DNA of 64,000 nt from Nitrospirales bacterium. GTDB taxonomy: Bacteria > Nitrospirota > Nitrospiria > Nitrospirales > UBA8639. Below, piece by piece: positions 41,252 through 52,900 of the stretch. The first letter of the stretch is position 1. Each line of letters opens with the position of its first letter. The position numbers and the translations under genes are program-made. Where the stretch lies: positions 1,408,001-1,472,000 of the forward strand of contig CBDBCZ010000018.1 in the NCBI GenBank assembly GCA_965203295.1. The letters are read 5' to 3'. Below the pieces are notes generated by a model, which did not search any database, was not told the DNA's origin, and saw only the letters and a program-made list of their open reading frames with translations.

Positions 41252-41697
41252 TAGTCTCGTGCCCAGACACCCACGCCTTTCCGGCGAAGAGTGTCTGGTA
41301 GCTTAATTTTAAATCTTGTCACAGAGGCGTGTCTTACGAACGTGAGAGCATTAATAATTGAAAGTGTTTGCATGTCAAAAATGCAATGATCAAGAGATCA
41401 AACATTCTTAGTTGTACTTTCTGTTAGGATGCTAGGCCCTATATCTTTGTACAGTTAGCAACGCTCCTGAAGCTTCAGCTAGCAAGAGCGCGCCTAATTA
41501 CTCTGTGGTACGCGCTCGGTTTTACTGGACAACCCGGATTGTGAACTTGCCGCTCTGGTTGCAGATGGCGAACTTCAAATCAAGCTGCCAAACCGTTAGT
41601 CTCGCGCCCAGCCGGAAATTTCCGGCTGGGCACGAGACTACCAGACCGTCAGTCCGTCACAGCGAGGGGGAGGAGCGACGGTCTGGGCACGAGACTA
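41252..41697. mobile_element. MITE with TAGTCTCGTGCCCAGAC termini, containing a nested 44 bp palindromic relative
   Basis: 41252-41268 is the exact reverse complement of 41681-41697, with TA ends. A nested hairpin lies at 41597-41640. Confidence 0.7.
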
Positions 41698-42804
41698 TAA
41701 AGCAACTTCCTTTTCCGCGAATAGACGTCGCCCTGGATTAGTAGCCGCACCTCCAGAAGTGCTAAACGAAATAGTGGCTGCCCTCGATTAGTAGCCGCAA
41801 CTAAAATTCAAGTATCGCAAGAGTATGCAACAATTTATCATTGAGAATAGAGTAATACTCAAGGTTAGAAACATAATAATAATCTCCAAGTGTGCAGTAA
41901 AATCTCCTACCCCACCAGCTGTCTACAACCTGTGGGCTTATACTATGTGCAAAATAATAAACACACACACACACACTTTTTTCACAACAACAAAATATAT
42001 TTTAGCAGGGCAATGTAAAAAAGGCACAAGGCAAAGGCGCACTTCGTTATGTAGCGCACATACGCTATCAGGCGCATGCTCGCTTCTTGGCCCAAAGCCG
42101 CTCGTTAAGAGGCGCACGTTCCAATTAAACGAAATATGGGGCGGAGCAACTGCACAAAAAATCGAACAGAGACTGCTAGCAGCTAGCTAAGTGAGAGGAT
42201 AACTTTGTAGGGATCACTTTGCAACTGCCCAGTCATCAAGTTGCTAGCTAGCTAAGTTAAAGGCCTACAAAGGAAGCAACCATGCACCGATTCTCATTCG
42301 AGTTGATCGAGCACGCTCTCATCTCCGACCGCTCTTCGCCGATTTTCATCTGCGACCGCTCTCTGCCGAGTTACATCGCCGACCGCTTTGATAAACTGCG
42401 ATTCCAGTCGGTAGTCGCTAATCTGCTACTGGTAACAGCAACAATTTTATGGCTAGCTACCGTAACTTTGCCGCGATGACGTCATGAAAACTAGGCGTGG
42501 TCATCCTTTAACCCTCGCTATGTGGCGCACTTCGTTATGTAGCGCATATATTTTTGCTATTGTCCCCACTAGCGCATGCGCTTGATAACCCGAGTCTACA
42601 GTATAAAAACAAATTCAGTTAGTCAGACTGAGCGATGTTTGACTCACTGGTCACCAGATCAATGGGGGGAGGAAGTGACCATAATTATGGTGTGGCCACA
42701 GCTGGAGCGGGCACCCCTGATGCATTGAATGCAAGAGCGGAGAAGGGAGAAAGTCAGCCGGCAACGCAACTAGGACACATAATACGCACGTACATGCGCA
42801 CAAA

Positions 42805-42940
<136 letters not shown>

Positions 42941-43070
42941 TATCGTAAATCGGGAATTTTTCGCGTTTAATTTTCGCCACATGGCGAAAATCGAATACGC
43001 ATCGAAAAATTTTCGCCGCCAACATAATTGGCGAAAAAATTTAACGCCGAAAATTTCCCGATCTACGGTA
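42941..43070. mobile_element. 130 bp TA-flanked MITE (Tc1/mariner-like ends)
   Basis: Imperfect TIRs TATCGTAAATCGGGAATTTT and AAAATTTCCCGATCTACGGTA, with internal TTTTCGCC/GGCGAAAA hairpins. It is inserted in the TACA repeat. Confidence 0.75.
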
Positions 43071-43172
43071 CATACATACATACGTCTTTTTTTTTTTTTT
43101 TTTTTAAATAAATTAAATATGTTGCTCAAATAGCTAATATATACAAAGCTAGTAAAGAACAACAGTATATAG

Positions 43173-45977
43173 TTAAAAAGCTAGATATAAATTGTTTTTA
43201 AAGGTTTTAAAGGAGCACCGGATGAGTTCAGGTGGGAGGGCATTCCAGTCAACAATAGCGGTGTACTTGAAGGATTTTTTTATCAAATCTGTTCTCACAT
43301 AAGACGGTAAGGCCAACTGATGCGGGTGTCTTCCTCTCAGATCATATTGAGTGGGATGTTGGAACTGGAGAGCTGGATAGTCAATGAGCTGATTGGATAT
43401 CTTGAATAGGGTACAAAGTTTACTAACTCTCCTTCTCACCTCCAGGGTTGGAAGTTGAGCCACTTCAAGTAGATGGCTGTATGAACTGGACCATTTTTTG
43501 TAACACATTTTTAGAACAAACTTTTGAACTTTTTCCAGTTGGTTGATATGCTTTTGGGTAGAGGAGTCCCAAACATATGACACATATTCAAGCCGAGGTC
43601 TAACGTAGGCAGTATACAGCTTCAATAGAATTTTAGAAGAGCAGTGAGCATAGTAACGGCGATAGAGGGCTCCCAGTATCCTTTTGCTTTTACTGGTAAT
43701 TGCTTCAATATGTGGCCCCCAAGACATGTTTGCCGATATCAAGACTCCTAGGTAAGTAAATGCATCAACTTGTTCGAGAGGGATGTTGTATAAAGTTGGA
43801 GTGGATGTAATCGATTTGGCAGGCTTGGCACAAGTCAGGACCATAAATTTGGTTTTGCTAACATTTAACTGGAGCAGCACTGATTTAACGAAGTTGCATG
43901 GCAATAAGATTTATATCCTCTTGAAACTCTGTTGCATCTACTGCAGAGCGGACTGGTTTATACAGGACCATATCATCAGCATAGAGATTGAGGTCTGAGT
44001 TCACTGAAAGTCTGACATTAGTAACATCATTGATGAAGAGGATGAATAATAATGGGCCCAGTACAGACCCCTGGGGAACACCGGAAATTACTGTAGCCCA
44101 GGATGACGAGCTGCCACTTACAACTGTTCTCTGCTGTCTGCGAAGGAGATAATCAAAGACCCATTGGACCACATAGGGATTTAGATTAGCGCTACGAAGT
44201 TTGTCAATTAACAGCCTGTGAGGAACGGTGTCAAAGGCCTTTTTTAGGTCGAAATATACGATCCATACAGCCTCCTTGTTTTCAAGTAGCTGCAACCAGT
44301 CACTGGTTACCTTCAACAAAGCAGAACTTGTGGACCTACTTGGTAGAAACCCCCATTGCTTGGGACTTATCAAATTGTTGGCCATGGAATGTCTTAGGAT
44401 TATGGTATGCATATGTTTTCCAGCAACTTGCTGACAATTGTTAACAGGGATATTGGACGGTAGTTGGCTGCACAGGACTTTTCGCTGTTCTTGGGAACTG
44501 GGACAACGTTGGAACACTTCCATTCAATGGGAACTCTTCCACTTGTGAGAGACAGATTAAAAAGGCGAGTTAAAGAGGGAGCAATTTCAGTAGCCACTTC
44601 CTTTAGCATGGTGGCTGACACACCATCAGGCCCTGTAGCCTTCTTAGGGTTAAGTGATTTCAGTTGTTTAGTCACTTCAGGCACAGTGCAGAGTAAGTCC
44701 AAGGGGAACTTATCGCTGGACAACTGTTGCAAGTCCTCTCTAGCTAGTGGAGGTAAGGAAGTGTTGAATGTGCTTGCGAAGAACTTGTTAAGTAAGTCCG
44801 CTTTCTCACTGTTGGTATGTGCGGAAACTCCATTATGAGTGAGTGTAGGTAGGCTAGAGTCAGATTGGTTTGTGCAGCGAAAAAGTGACCAAAAAGATTT
44901 TGGGTCAGCTTGATTGATATTTGAAAAGAATGCGAACTTGGCAGATCGAAGTTGTTGGATTACTCTGTTTCTGATTGAACGGTATTTGGACCACATTGCA
45001 GGGGAACCAGATCTTCTAGCTTTCTTGAACAGATGGTCTCTTTTCTTCATCATTTCAATAATGTGGAGTTTAATCCAAGGAAGGTTTCGCCGAATAGTTA
45101 CCTGCTTATGTGGAATAGCTGTTTTCATAATATCTAAGAAAGCTGATTTCCATTGGACCCAAGAAGTTTCAACTTCATCTGTGATGAGGAAGTCCCAGTA
45201 TGTTCTATTGATGAGATGTCTAGCAAAAACAAAGTCGGCTTGGTGATATTGCCATAATATTCTTGTTTCCTTCTTGGGCCTAGTAGAGGGCAGTTGCATT
45301 TTCAGAGCCAACTTGACTATGTAGTGGTCAGAGGAAGATACTGGAGGAAGAATCTCACATTTTGCACACCTATCAGAATTTCCAATAAGTGCCAAATCAA
45401 TGAGTGAAGACTTCCCATTTGGAGAAATGTGCGTAGCTTGATTTACCACCTGCATGAGGTTGAATTTGTACATTAGCTGATGAAGCCTTGACTTGAGTGG
45501 GCTAGAGGACCCATATGAGAAGTTTATATTGAAATCTCCTACTAGAACAACATTGTTGAAGTCAATAGGATTGATGTCTTCAAGAGAGCATTCCAGGGAG
45601 TCAATGGAACCAAATGGGCTGCTTGGAGGTCTATAGAATACTCCTAATTTGAGAGAAAGTGAGTCAGCAACAATCTTTATCCATATAAGCTCTAGATTAA
45701 ATGTGTTGACTTTTAGAAGTTGACTTTGATGGTTGTTGGATACATATATTAATACACCACCGCCCTGTCTGTTTCGGTCCAGCCTGTAAACTTTAAAACC
45801 TGTTATAGCAATCTCCGAGTCTGGTATGGATGAGGAAAGCCAAGTTTCGGTAAGGCAGATGATGTGGGGATGATAGCTGGCTGCCTCAAGTCGAAGGAAG
45901 TCAATTTTAGGTAGTAAACTCATAACATTAGTGAATATTACGGAGATATGTGATGATACCTGGCAAGGTCTAAAAAA
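43173..45977 (-). pseudogene. LINE ORF2: APE endonuclease + reverse transcriptase, two frameshifts
   Basis: Endonuclease motifs CLTETWL, YRPP, VGDFN and SDH. RT motifs NYRPISLL, DLKKAFDTV, GVPQGSVLGPLLF, YADD and YLGV. Frameshifts at ~44417 and ~43900. Confidence 0.93.
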
Positions 45978-47138
45978 GAAGTTTTGTTCCCATTTGTTGG
46001 CAGGTGAGATGGTTTCGGCTGTTTGATTTGCCAGGGATGATGTTTCAGTAGCTTCGTCCATTCTCTTACAATAATTGAGCAGGTTTCCTTGCTGGACAGT
46101 AATGCATGGTACCATAGCTTTTTACCATTTCTATTTGTGGACCTCCTTTCAACAGCAAAACTTGATTTGGGAATGCCAAGGGAAGAGATAGCTGCGGTAA
46201 CTTGGGACGGAGTAGTAGCATTCCTCGTACCCCATACATAAAGTACTGAGGGACAGGTGAAGTGGGTAGGATGATTCTTCTCCACAACTTGCATGCTTTG
46301 TTTGCATGAATTGTTACCGCTTGGCACAGACTCTGCTAGCACAGGTCTATCTGCAACTTGTGAGGTTGGGGAAATGATGGAAGGACTCGCTGGAATTGAA
46401 TCAGTGTCATCACTTTCAGGTTCAAGAAATTGAAAGCGATTTGTCAAAATCAGATTCTGAGCAGGGATAAGCAGCAGGTCCTGGGAGGTGGTAGGGGTTG
46501 TCTGTTGGGGACTTTGGTCTGATCTTTTTGAGAGTGTGGTTGGAGAGGGTGGGGTAGCTTGTTTCCTTCTGTGTCTTTTTCTGGGAACCTTCTTGGTAGG
46601 AGGAGGGTCCCGGAGGTCATTTCGGCAATGATCTTCTAACTCAGCAATTCTAGCACCCTGGTCCTGAATCTTCCTTTCTAGTAGTTTGATATGTCTATCC
46701 ATTTTGACCTCCAAATCAAACTTTTCTTGGGTGAGTTGTTCAACTTTGTTTTCCATTGCCTTTAACCAGGAAATTACCTCAACCAGTTCCTGGGGATGGT
46801 GATGAGTTTGGTCAGAAGCAGGTACGGGGACAGGAGAGATGCTACCAATACCAGAACAAGGACTTGACTCTGGACTCGAAACCGTGGAACTTTATGAAGG
46901 CTTCACTTGCTTCACAGAAGGGGCAGTGCCATTCTTGGACACTAAGACCAATCTCTAGATATTCATCCTCATCAATATTGAAACACATTGCATGGGCCCA
47001 TTGCTGATGTTCACCCTCACAAAATAGTGCATTCTCACCCTCTTCAGACTCTGTGGCATCAACAATGACTTCACCACAGACAAAGCAGTGCTCAAGAATT
47101 CCAGGTGGGGAGACAATAGCCATTGTGGAGCCAGCCAC
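45938..47138 (-). pseudogene. LINE ORF1: PHD finger + coiled coil, one frameshift (~46890)
   Basis: PHD pattern CFVC...CEGEHQQWAHAMC...WHCPFC. The frame of 45938..46756 is open upstream to ~46890. Confidence 0.75.
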
Positions 47139-47446
47139 ACCAATGAGTAAATACGAAAGTAAAAAAAGAGATAATGCACTGGAAAAGTCCTTTGTTTTTT
47201 TTTTGTTTGTTTTTTTTTTTTTTTTTTATATAAAATGTAAAGAAAAATATAAAAAAATAAAGACAAACAGTGGCTTTGTAGCTTACGAAGTGAAACACCT
47301 GCGAAAATTTCCTGGTGTATCAGGGCTTGGAGATAAACGAGATAGGTGATTGAGCGTAGTAGCTCCTTCAGGGACAACGCCTCCACCTCTTCTATAAATC
47401 AGCAGCCGGCCTTCAGGACGAGTCGGACGCTAGTCACGCGAAAATC

Positions 47447-47512
47447 CTCGAGTTCTGTATCGGCACCGCTCGAGTTCTGTATCGGCACCGCTCGGGTTCT
47501 GTATCGGTACCG
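47447..47512. repeat. 3 x 22 bp tandem repeat in the presumed LINE 5' UTR
   Basis: CTCGAGTTCTGTATCGGCACCG twice, plus a variant third copy. Confidence 0.9.
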
Positions 47513-47974
47513 CTTGGCCAAGGTAACTTGATAAAATGCCGCAGTACAAGGTAGAAGAGATAGTCAAGAGCAAATGAAAACGGAATTCTTCTCTTGAAGT
47601 TTCAACACTTGCAAGTAGCTACATTCTTGCCGCATGTCTAGTCTATAGCCCAGGATAATGTATGCAGATCACTACACTACACTCACCAAATATGCAGCAT
47701 GTGCAGTCAGTCAAGAAAGCCACACCTCTTCGCAGTCGCATGCACTGCAGCAACGCAAGACCGTACTAGCGTGAGACTCTACACAAACGCTTAGCATGCA
47801 CGTGAGAACCCAGCTCCTCCTGCGTAACACATTTTACGCAATTAAAATCAGATGATCTGGAGTGGCCCTGATGCGCCACTGCTTTCAAGGCAGTTCATGG
47901 ATTATAATTTACTGCAATACTGTAAGCGATTCCCAAGATGGTAGAAGTTGGAGCTAGCTAGACTAACGTGCTAC

Positions 47975-47998
47975 CATAGATAGTAGAAGTTATCTATG
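47975..47998. mobile_element. 24 bp CATAGATA-ended mini element with 7 bp TSD
   Basis: GTGCTAC-CATAGATAGTAGAAGTTATCTATG-GTGCTAC. Confidence 0.7.
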
Positions 47999-48623
47999 GT
48001 GCTACGTACCTTGACTCTGGTTGCTGTAGTTTGCAGCAGAGATACTAATAATACCTTTGTTTGCAGCTTTAGTCAAACTCACTTCCCCGCCCCCCAAAAG
48101 AAAAAAACAAACAAACAAAAACAAAGACCCGGCAATGATAAGTGAGACTTCGACCTGTTCGCGTCTACTGCCATACCTCTCATTTCATGTATTATAGGAA
48201 TCGAGAACGCGGCAAGGAACCGCCAGCTAGCTAAGGAACCACGAAGTATTAAATGCGGGGGCGGGCACGCTACGATATGCGCCGCGCGCGTCAATGCTTT
48301 TCGCGCCAGCTCACGCAGCTCTTGACTGCGTAAGAAAGTTGAACTCTCTAGAATTAAAGTACAGAAGAATGAAGTCTCTATTCAAGGAACAGGGAGGTTA
48401 TAGGTATTATCAAATAATTTGTAGCAAGACCTGACAGTTCCCAATTTATACCCCATGCACCTAGCAGTTTCACGAGTTCACATGAAACAGTAATTGATTG
48501 TAGGTATCTATCAATGGATGCATGTAAAGAACTTTGAGATTGTACTTCTGTAAAATGGAAGCGGCAACATACAAGAAAGATTATAGACGTCTGTCAACAT
48601 TAAGGATTCTGAAGCATCTTGAA

Positions 48624-49902
48624 GAGGAGTATATATATCGTTATACCACATTACATCACATCCAAGGTGTTTGATTGGAGCAGAAGAGGAGTATAAAGGG
48701 ACATAATTATACTACGTTTATGTTTTCATCTTTTAATATACTGCTTTCATGTTTTTATGTATTATGACATCGTAAATAACTGCTGCCTCTGGGAATGCTA
48801 GCCCAGCGTTTCTATAGGTACCTACTCCACTCTACTTCGCTAGCGGTACGGGGATCCCGTCAGCGACTTGGGGACCCCTGTACCGCTGACGGCTATTGAT
48901 GAGAGCGGGCTGGACTTTGACAGGATGGGTAGGTATAAAAGCGAACGCACATTTTCCTTGTTTTTAATCTCGAGTTGTATTAACTGAGAATGGCGGCAAG
49001 AGAGGATGGAGGTAGAATCCGAGAAGAAGCAACGAGAGCAACTAAGTATAGATTTAGCGAATATCTTGCTCACATACCCCGCACATGCTGACAAAGTGTA
49101 ACTGTATGTAGACTTTTACTTTCGTGTATATTTATGGTTGGTGTGTCATTTATTACATATTCTCATTAGAACATTTTGAACATGCATATTAATTTAAACC
49201 CTACAATACCTTGCACTAACTCCTGGAGCTGTAGTAGATGTATGGATTACAGAAACATTATCTGCCTGGTGCTTGGTTTTGAATGTACTGTAGAGAGACT
49301 AGCTGGTGCCTTTCTTTTTACTTTGTAGTTGTGCTGTGAATGTTAGAACGGCGATGCAATGCTCAATGTACTTAAACTTACATATTAAAACATGCTGAAC
49401 ATGCATGTATGAACTAATAATACCTTGCACTAACACCTGCCTGGAGCTGTAATAGATGCTTTCATGTCTTTATTCATTGAAGATACAGTGCAGTTGAGAG
49501 CAGACAATGTAGGGGTCCCTAAATCACTAAAGGATCCCCATATCGCCAGCGTTTCACGGCCCCTCGGTCCCCACGGCGCTAGAGATTTTGGGGACCCCGG
49601 TGCCCATACCTCTAGTGATACGTGGACGGGGGGTCCCCATTTCGGGGGGTCCCGATATCGCGCGTACACCGGCTTATATCACAGGCGGCCAATCGTTTCT
49701 TGCCGTTTGTCATCGCCATAGTTACCATTCAGTAGTGTTCATTTATTACGTAAACAAAAAACACGTCTGCTCAACGAACATGAAAACACGCGCGGAAAAC
49801 ATGAAAACAAAATAGTAGTATAAACACCTCTATACTCCTCTCTGTAGCCAATGAATTTCTCCAAAAGTGATGTAATGTGATATAACTACGTTTACACTCC
49901 TC
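48624..49902. mobile_element. ~1.3 kb non-coding element with ~75 bp imperfect terminal inverted repeats
   Basis: GAGGAGTA..GTTATACCACATTACATCAC..ATTGG..CAGA.GAGGAGTATA at 48624-48700 is mirrored at 49825-49902. Confidence 0.55.
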
Positions 49903-49929
49903 GTAGACGTGGTATATCCTATACTTATA

Positions 49930-52900
49930 AGGCTAAACAAACTTTCATCACAGCCTCTAGCTACCAGGGGGAATAGAGAGGAACCAAATTCCCAATTTCA
50001 TTTCCACCTCTAATTAATTGTACACATTACTTTTCTTGTCTTTGCCTTTAGTGATTGCTGAAATGAAACATAGGTGGGAGATAATTAGTCACACAGAACA
50101 CTACTTCAACAAGCAAAGTGGAGCAGCCACAGCCCACTTTGAGATAGCACTTCAATAGTCGTGACAAATGGTTTTATTCCAAATTTAATGTGTCGGTTTT
50201 AATACATCATGTTGGCCATAGGTTTTGTAACCTGGCAACACAAAGACAAGTAAGGTATTCCTAGCTAATTGAGAATCTGTCTCTTTACTGCAAAAATACC
50301 GACAGCACAGCCTCTAGCTACCAGAGAGAATGGAGAGGAATCAGCTTCCAATTTAATATCCCACTCTAATTAATGGCACACATTACTTTTTTGTGTTCGC
50401 GCAATGTAACTGTAGAGATTGCACTCATGTTAACACAATGATTCTTTAGGGAAAGTAGACTGGACAAAATGTAAGAACAAGCAAGTTATACAGTAAACAA
50501 TCGCAGTAAGCTGTTTTAGAAGGAACCGCATAAGGTACCGTACCCTGACAGCCCGCTTTGAAATCACACAAAGTCAGGCAAGGTATTCCTAGCTAATTGG
50601 GAATCTGTTTCTTTATTGCAAAGATACCAACAGCACAGCTTCTAGCTACCAGAGAGAATGGAGAGGAACCAGCTTCCCAATTTCATTCCCCACTCTAATA
50701 AATTGTACACGTTATGTGATTGCAAAATGTTACTTCAGGAATTGCAGGTACGAAACATAGGATGTGGGGAAAAATTAGTCACACAGAACACAACTTCAAT
50801 ATAAAACCGTGGAATTAACCATCTAAAAAGCACTGTAGTAACCGTGCCTCATATCGACAAGAAAAATTATAGACGACTGTCAACATTAATGAGAAGCATC
50901 TTGAGGAGGAGTAGATCGTTATAAGGCTAAACAAACTTTCATTACAGCCTCTAGCTACCAGGGAGAATGGAGAGGAACCAAATTCCCAATTTCATTTCCA
51001 ACTCTAATTAATTGTACACATTACTTTTCTTGTGTTTGCCATTAGTGATTGCTAAAATGAAACATAGGTGGGAGATAATTAGTCACACAGAACACAACTT
51101 CAATAAGCAAAGTGGAATGAGCCATTAATAAGGAACCGTTGAAGAAACGTCTATATAATAAGGAACACTGCCTTGTACAGATAGCCAACTTTGAGATCAG
51201 TGTATTCCTAGCAGAGAGAATTGGAGCAGTTAGTGCTTCCCAAATAATTGCCTACTCTGGTAAGTGCGTACTTTACTCTCCTCATGTGAACACAATGATT
51301 CTTTAGGGAAAGAAGACAGGATAAATGTGAAAACAAACCAAATTATATGCAGTACAAAATCATAATACGCTGCTCTAGATGGAACCGTGTAAGGAACCAA
51401 GTCAGGAACACTACCCCTGACAGCCCACTTTGAGATAGCACTTCAATACCTGAAGAAGGGTGGACACCAAAAGCCACAACCTCTCACTACCAGAGAGAAT
51501 TGGAGCAGCTACTGCTTCCTAATTTCATCCCCGCCCTACATCTATTACTTTTCATATGTTCTCACAATGATCTGCTAGAGATATTCGGTACAAACAATAG
51601 GTGGTAAACAACTAGTAAATTAATACGGTATACAACATCAGCAAGCAACTCTAGAAAGAACCATGTAAGGATTCGTACCACTAAGAGCCCACTCCGTGAA
51701 ATATTGTATTTGAAGAATTGAAGTAAGGATATTCCTTTGCACAACTAATAGGAAATCAGTCCTTGCATTTTAAAGATGCTAAGAGCCACACTCTCTAGCT
51801 ACCAGGGAGAAAAAATAATTGACTGCTTCCCAAACACATCCCAGCTCTAATTTAGCGTTCATAGTTCTCCTTTAAAAGACAGCAGACAGAACAAAAGGTG
51901 AAAAAAGACAAACTATGCAGTACCTAATCGCGGCAAGCAGCTCTAGAAGGAATCATGTAAGCAACCATGTACGTACAGTAAAAAAATGCAGAAAAAGTGG
52001 AATTTCCTGAAACGTGTTACAAGGAAATTTGACAGAAAATCTGGTATTTCAGGTACAATTTAAGGTAGTATAGGATAGGGCAGAATTTCATGATTTTAAA
52101 GGAAATTCTACCCTATCCTATACTGTCCTGTACCTAAACTGCCAGATTTCCTGTCAAATTTCCCTGTAACGCATTCCACTTTATTTCTGCATGCGCGCGG
52201 TACCCCTGACAGCCCACGTTGAGATCACACAAAGTCAGGCAAGGTACGCATTCCTAGCTAATTGGGAATCTGTCTCTGTATTACAGAGATACCAAAAGCC
52301 ACAGCCTCTAGCTACCAGAGAGAGAGGAAAAGTAACAGCTTCCCCACTCTAAGTAAGCATACGTACACACTCCTTATCTCATGCAGTTAATTCAGAGAGT
52401 GAGAAACAATTATGGTCTATGTACTTATATCTCTAGAGATTACTAAGCAACGCATGGTTAAACTCAAATCTTGTAAGAAAATGTCCTACATACTGACAGC
52501 CCCCTTTCACATCGCACTAGAAGAATAATTAAACTAAAGGTGGGAATCCGTCTCAGTACTATATAAATACCAAGAGCCACATTTCTGGGATTATAGTTTA
52601 CACCAGGATAAACAGTCTGAAAATAACCTTGGCTTAGAGGTTGAGTGCTTCTGTATATATGTCTGTTGAACAGGCAACCTTGGTACAATGTCACTGCTTC
52701 ATAGAAATCCCTCTTAGGTTATAATAGCTACCCTCATTATTGGCCAGGAATATGTATAAGAGCAACCGAAAAGTGATTACTAAGAAATAGCGACATTGTA
52801 CCTCAGGGTGCCTGCTTGCCGGACATACATCACCCTCTAAGCCTACAGTACAACATTGCTTACTAATGAAAGTCTATAACTATTGTAGCTCACCTATATT

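Larger units (their letters stand above)
43087..47545 (-). mobile_element. Near full-length non-LTR retrotransposon (CR1/L2 group LINE)
   Basis: PHD plus coiled-coil ORF1, APE plus RT ORF2, a short 3' UTR and a poly(A) tail (T-run 43087-43105). The 5' boundary is approximate. Confidence 0.9.

Noticed and set aside
43783..47007. Plus-strand ORFs over the LINE
   Set aside because: They are antisense shadows of ORF1 and ORF2.
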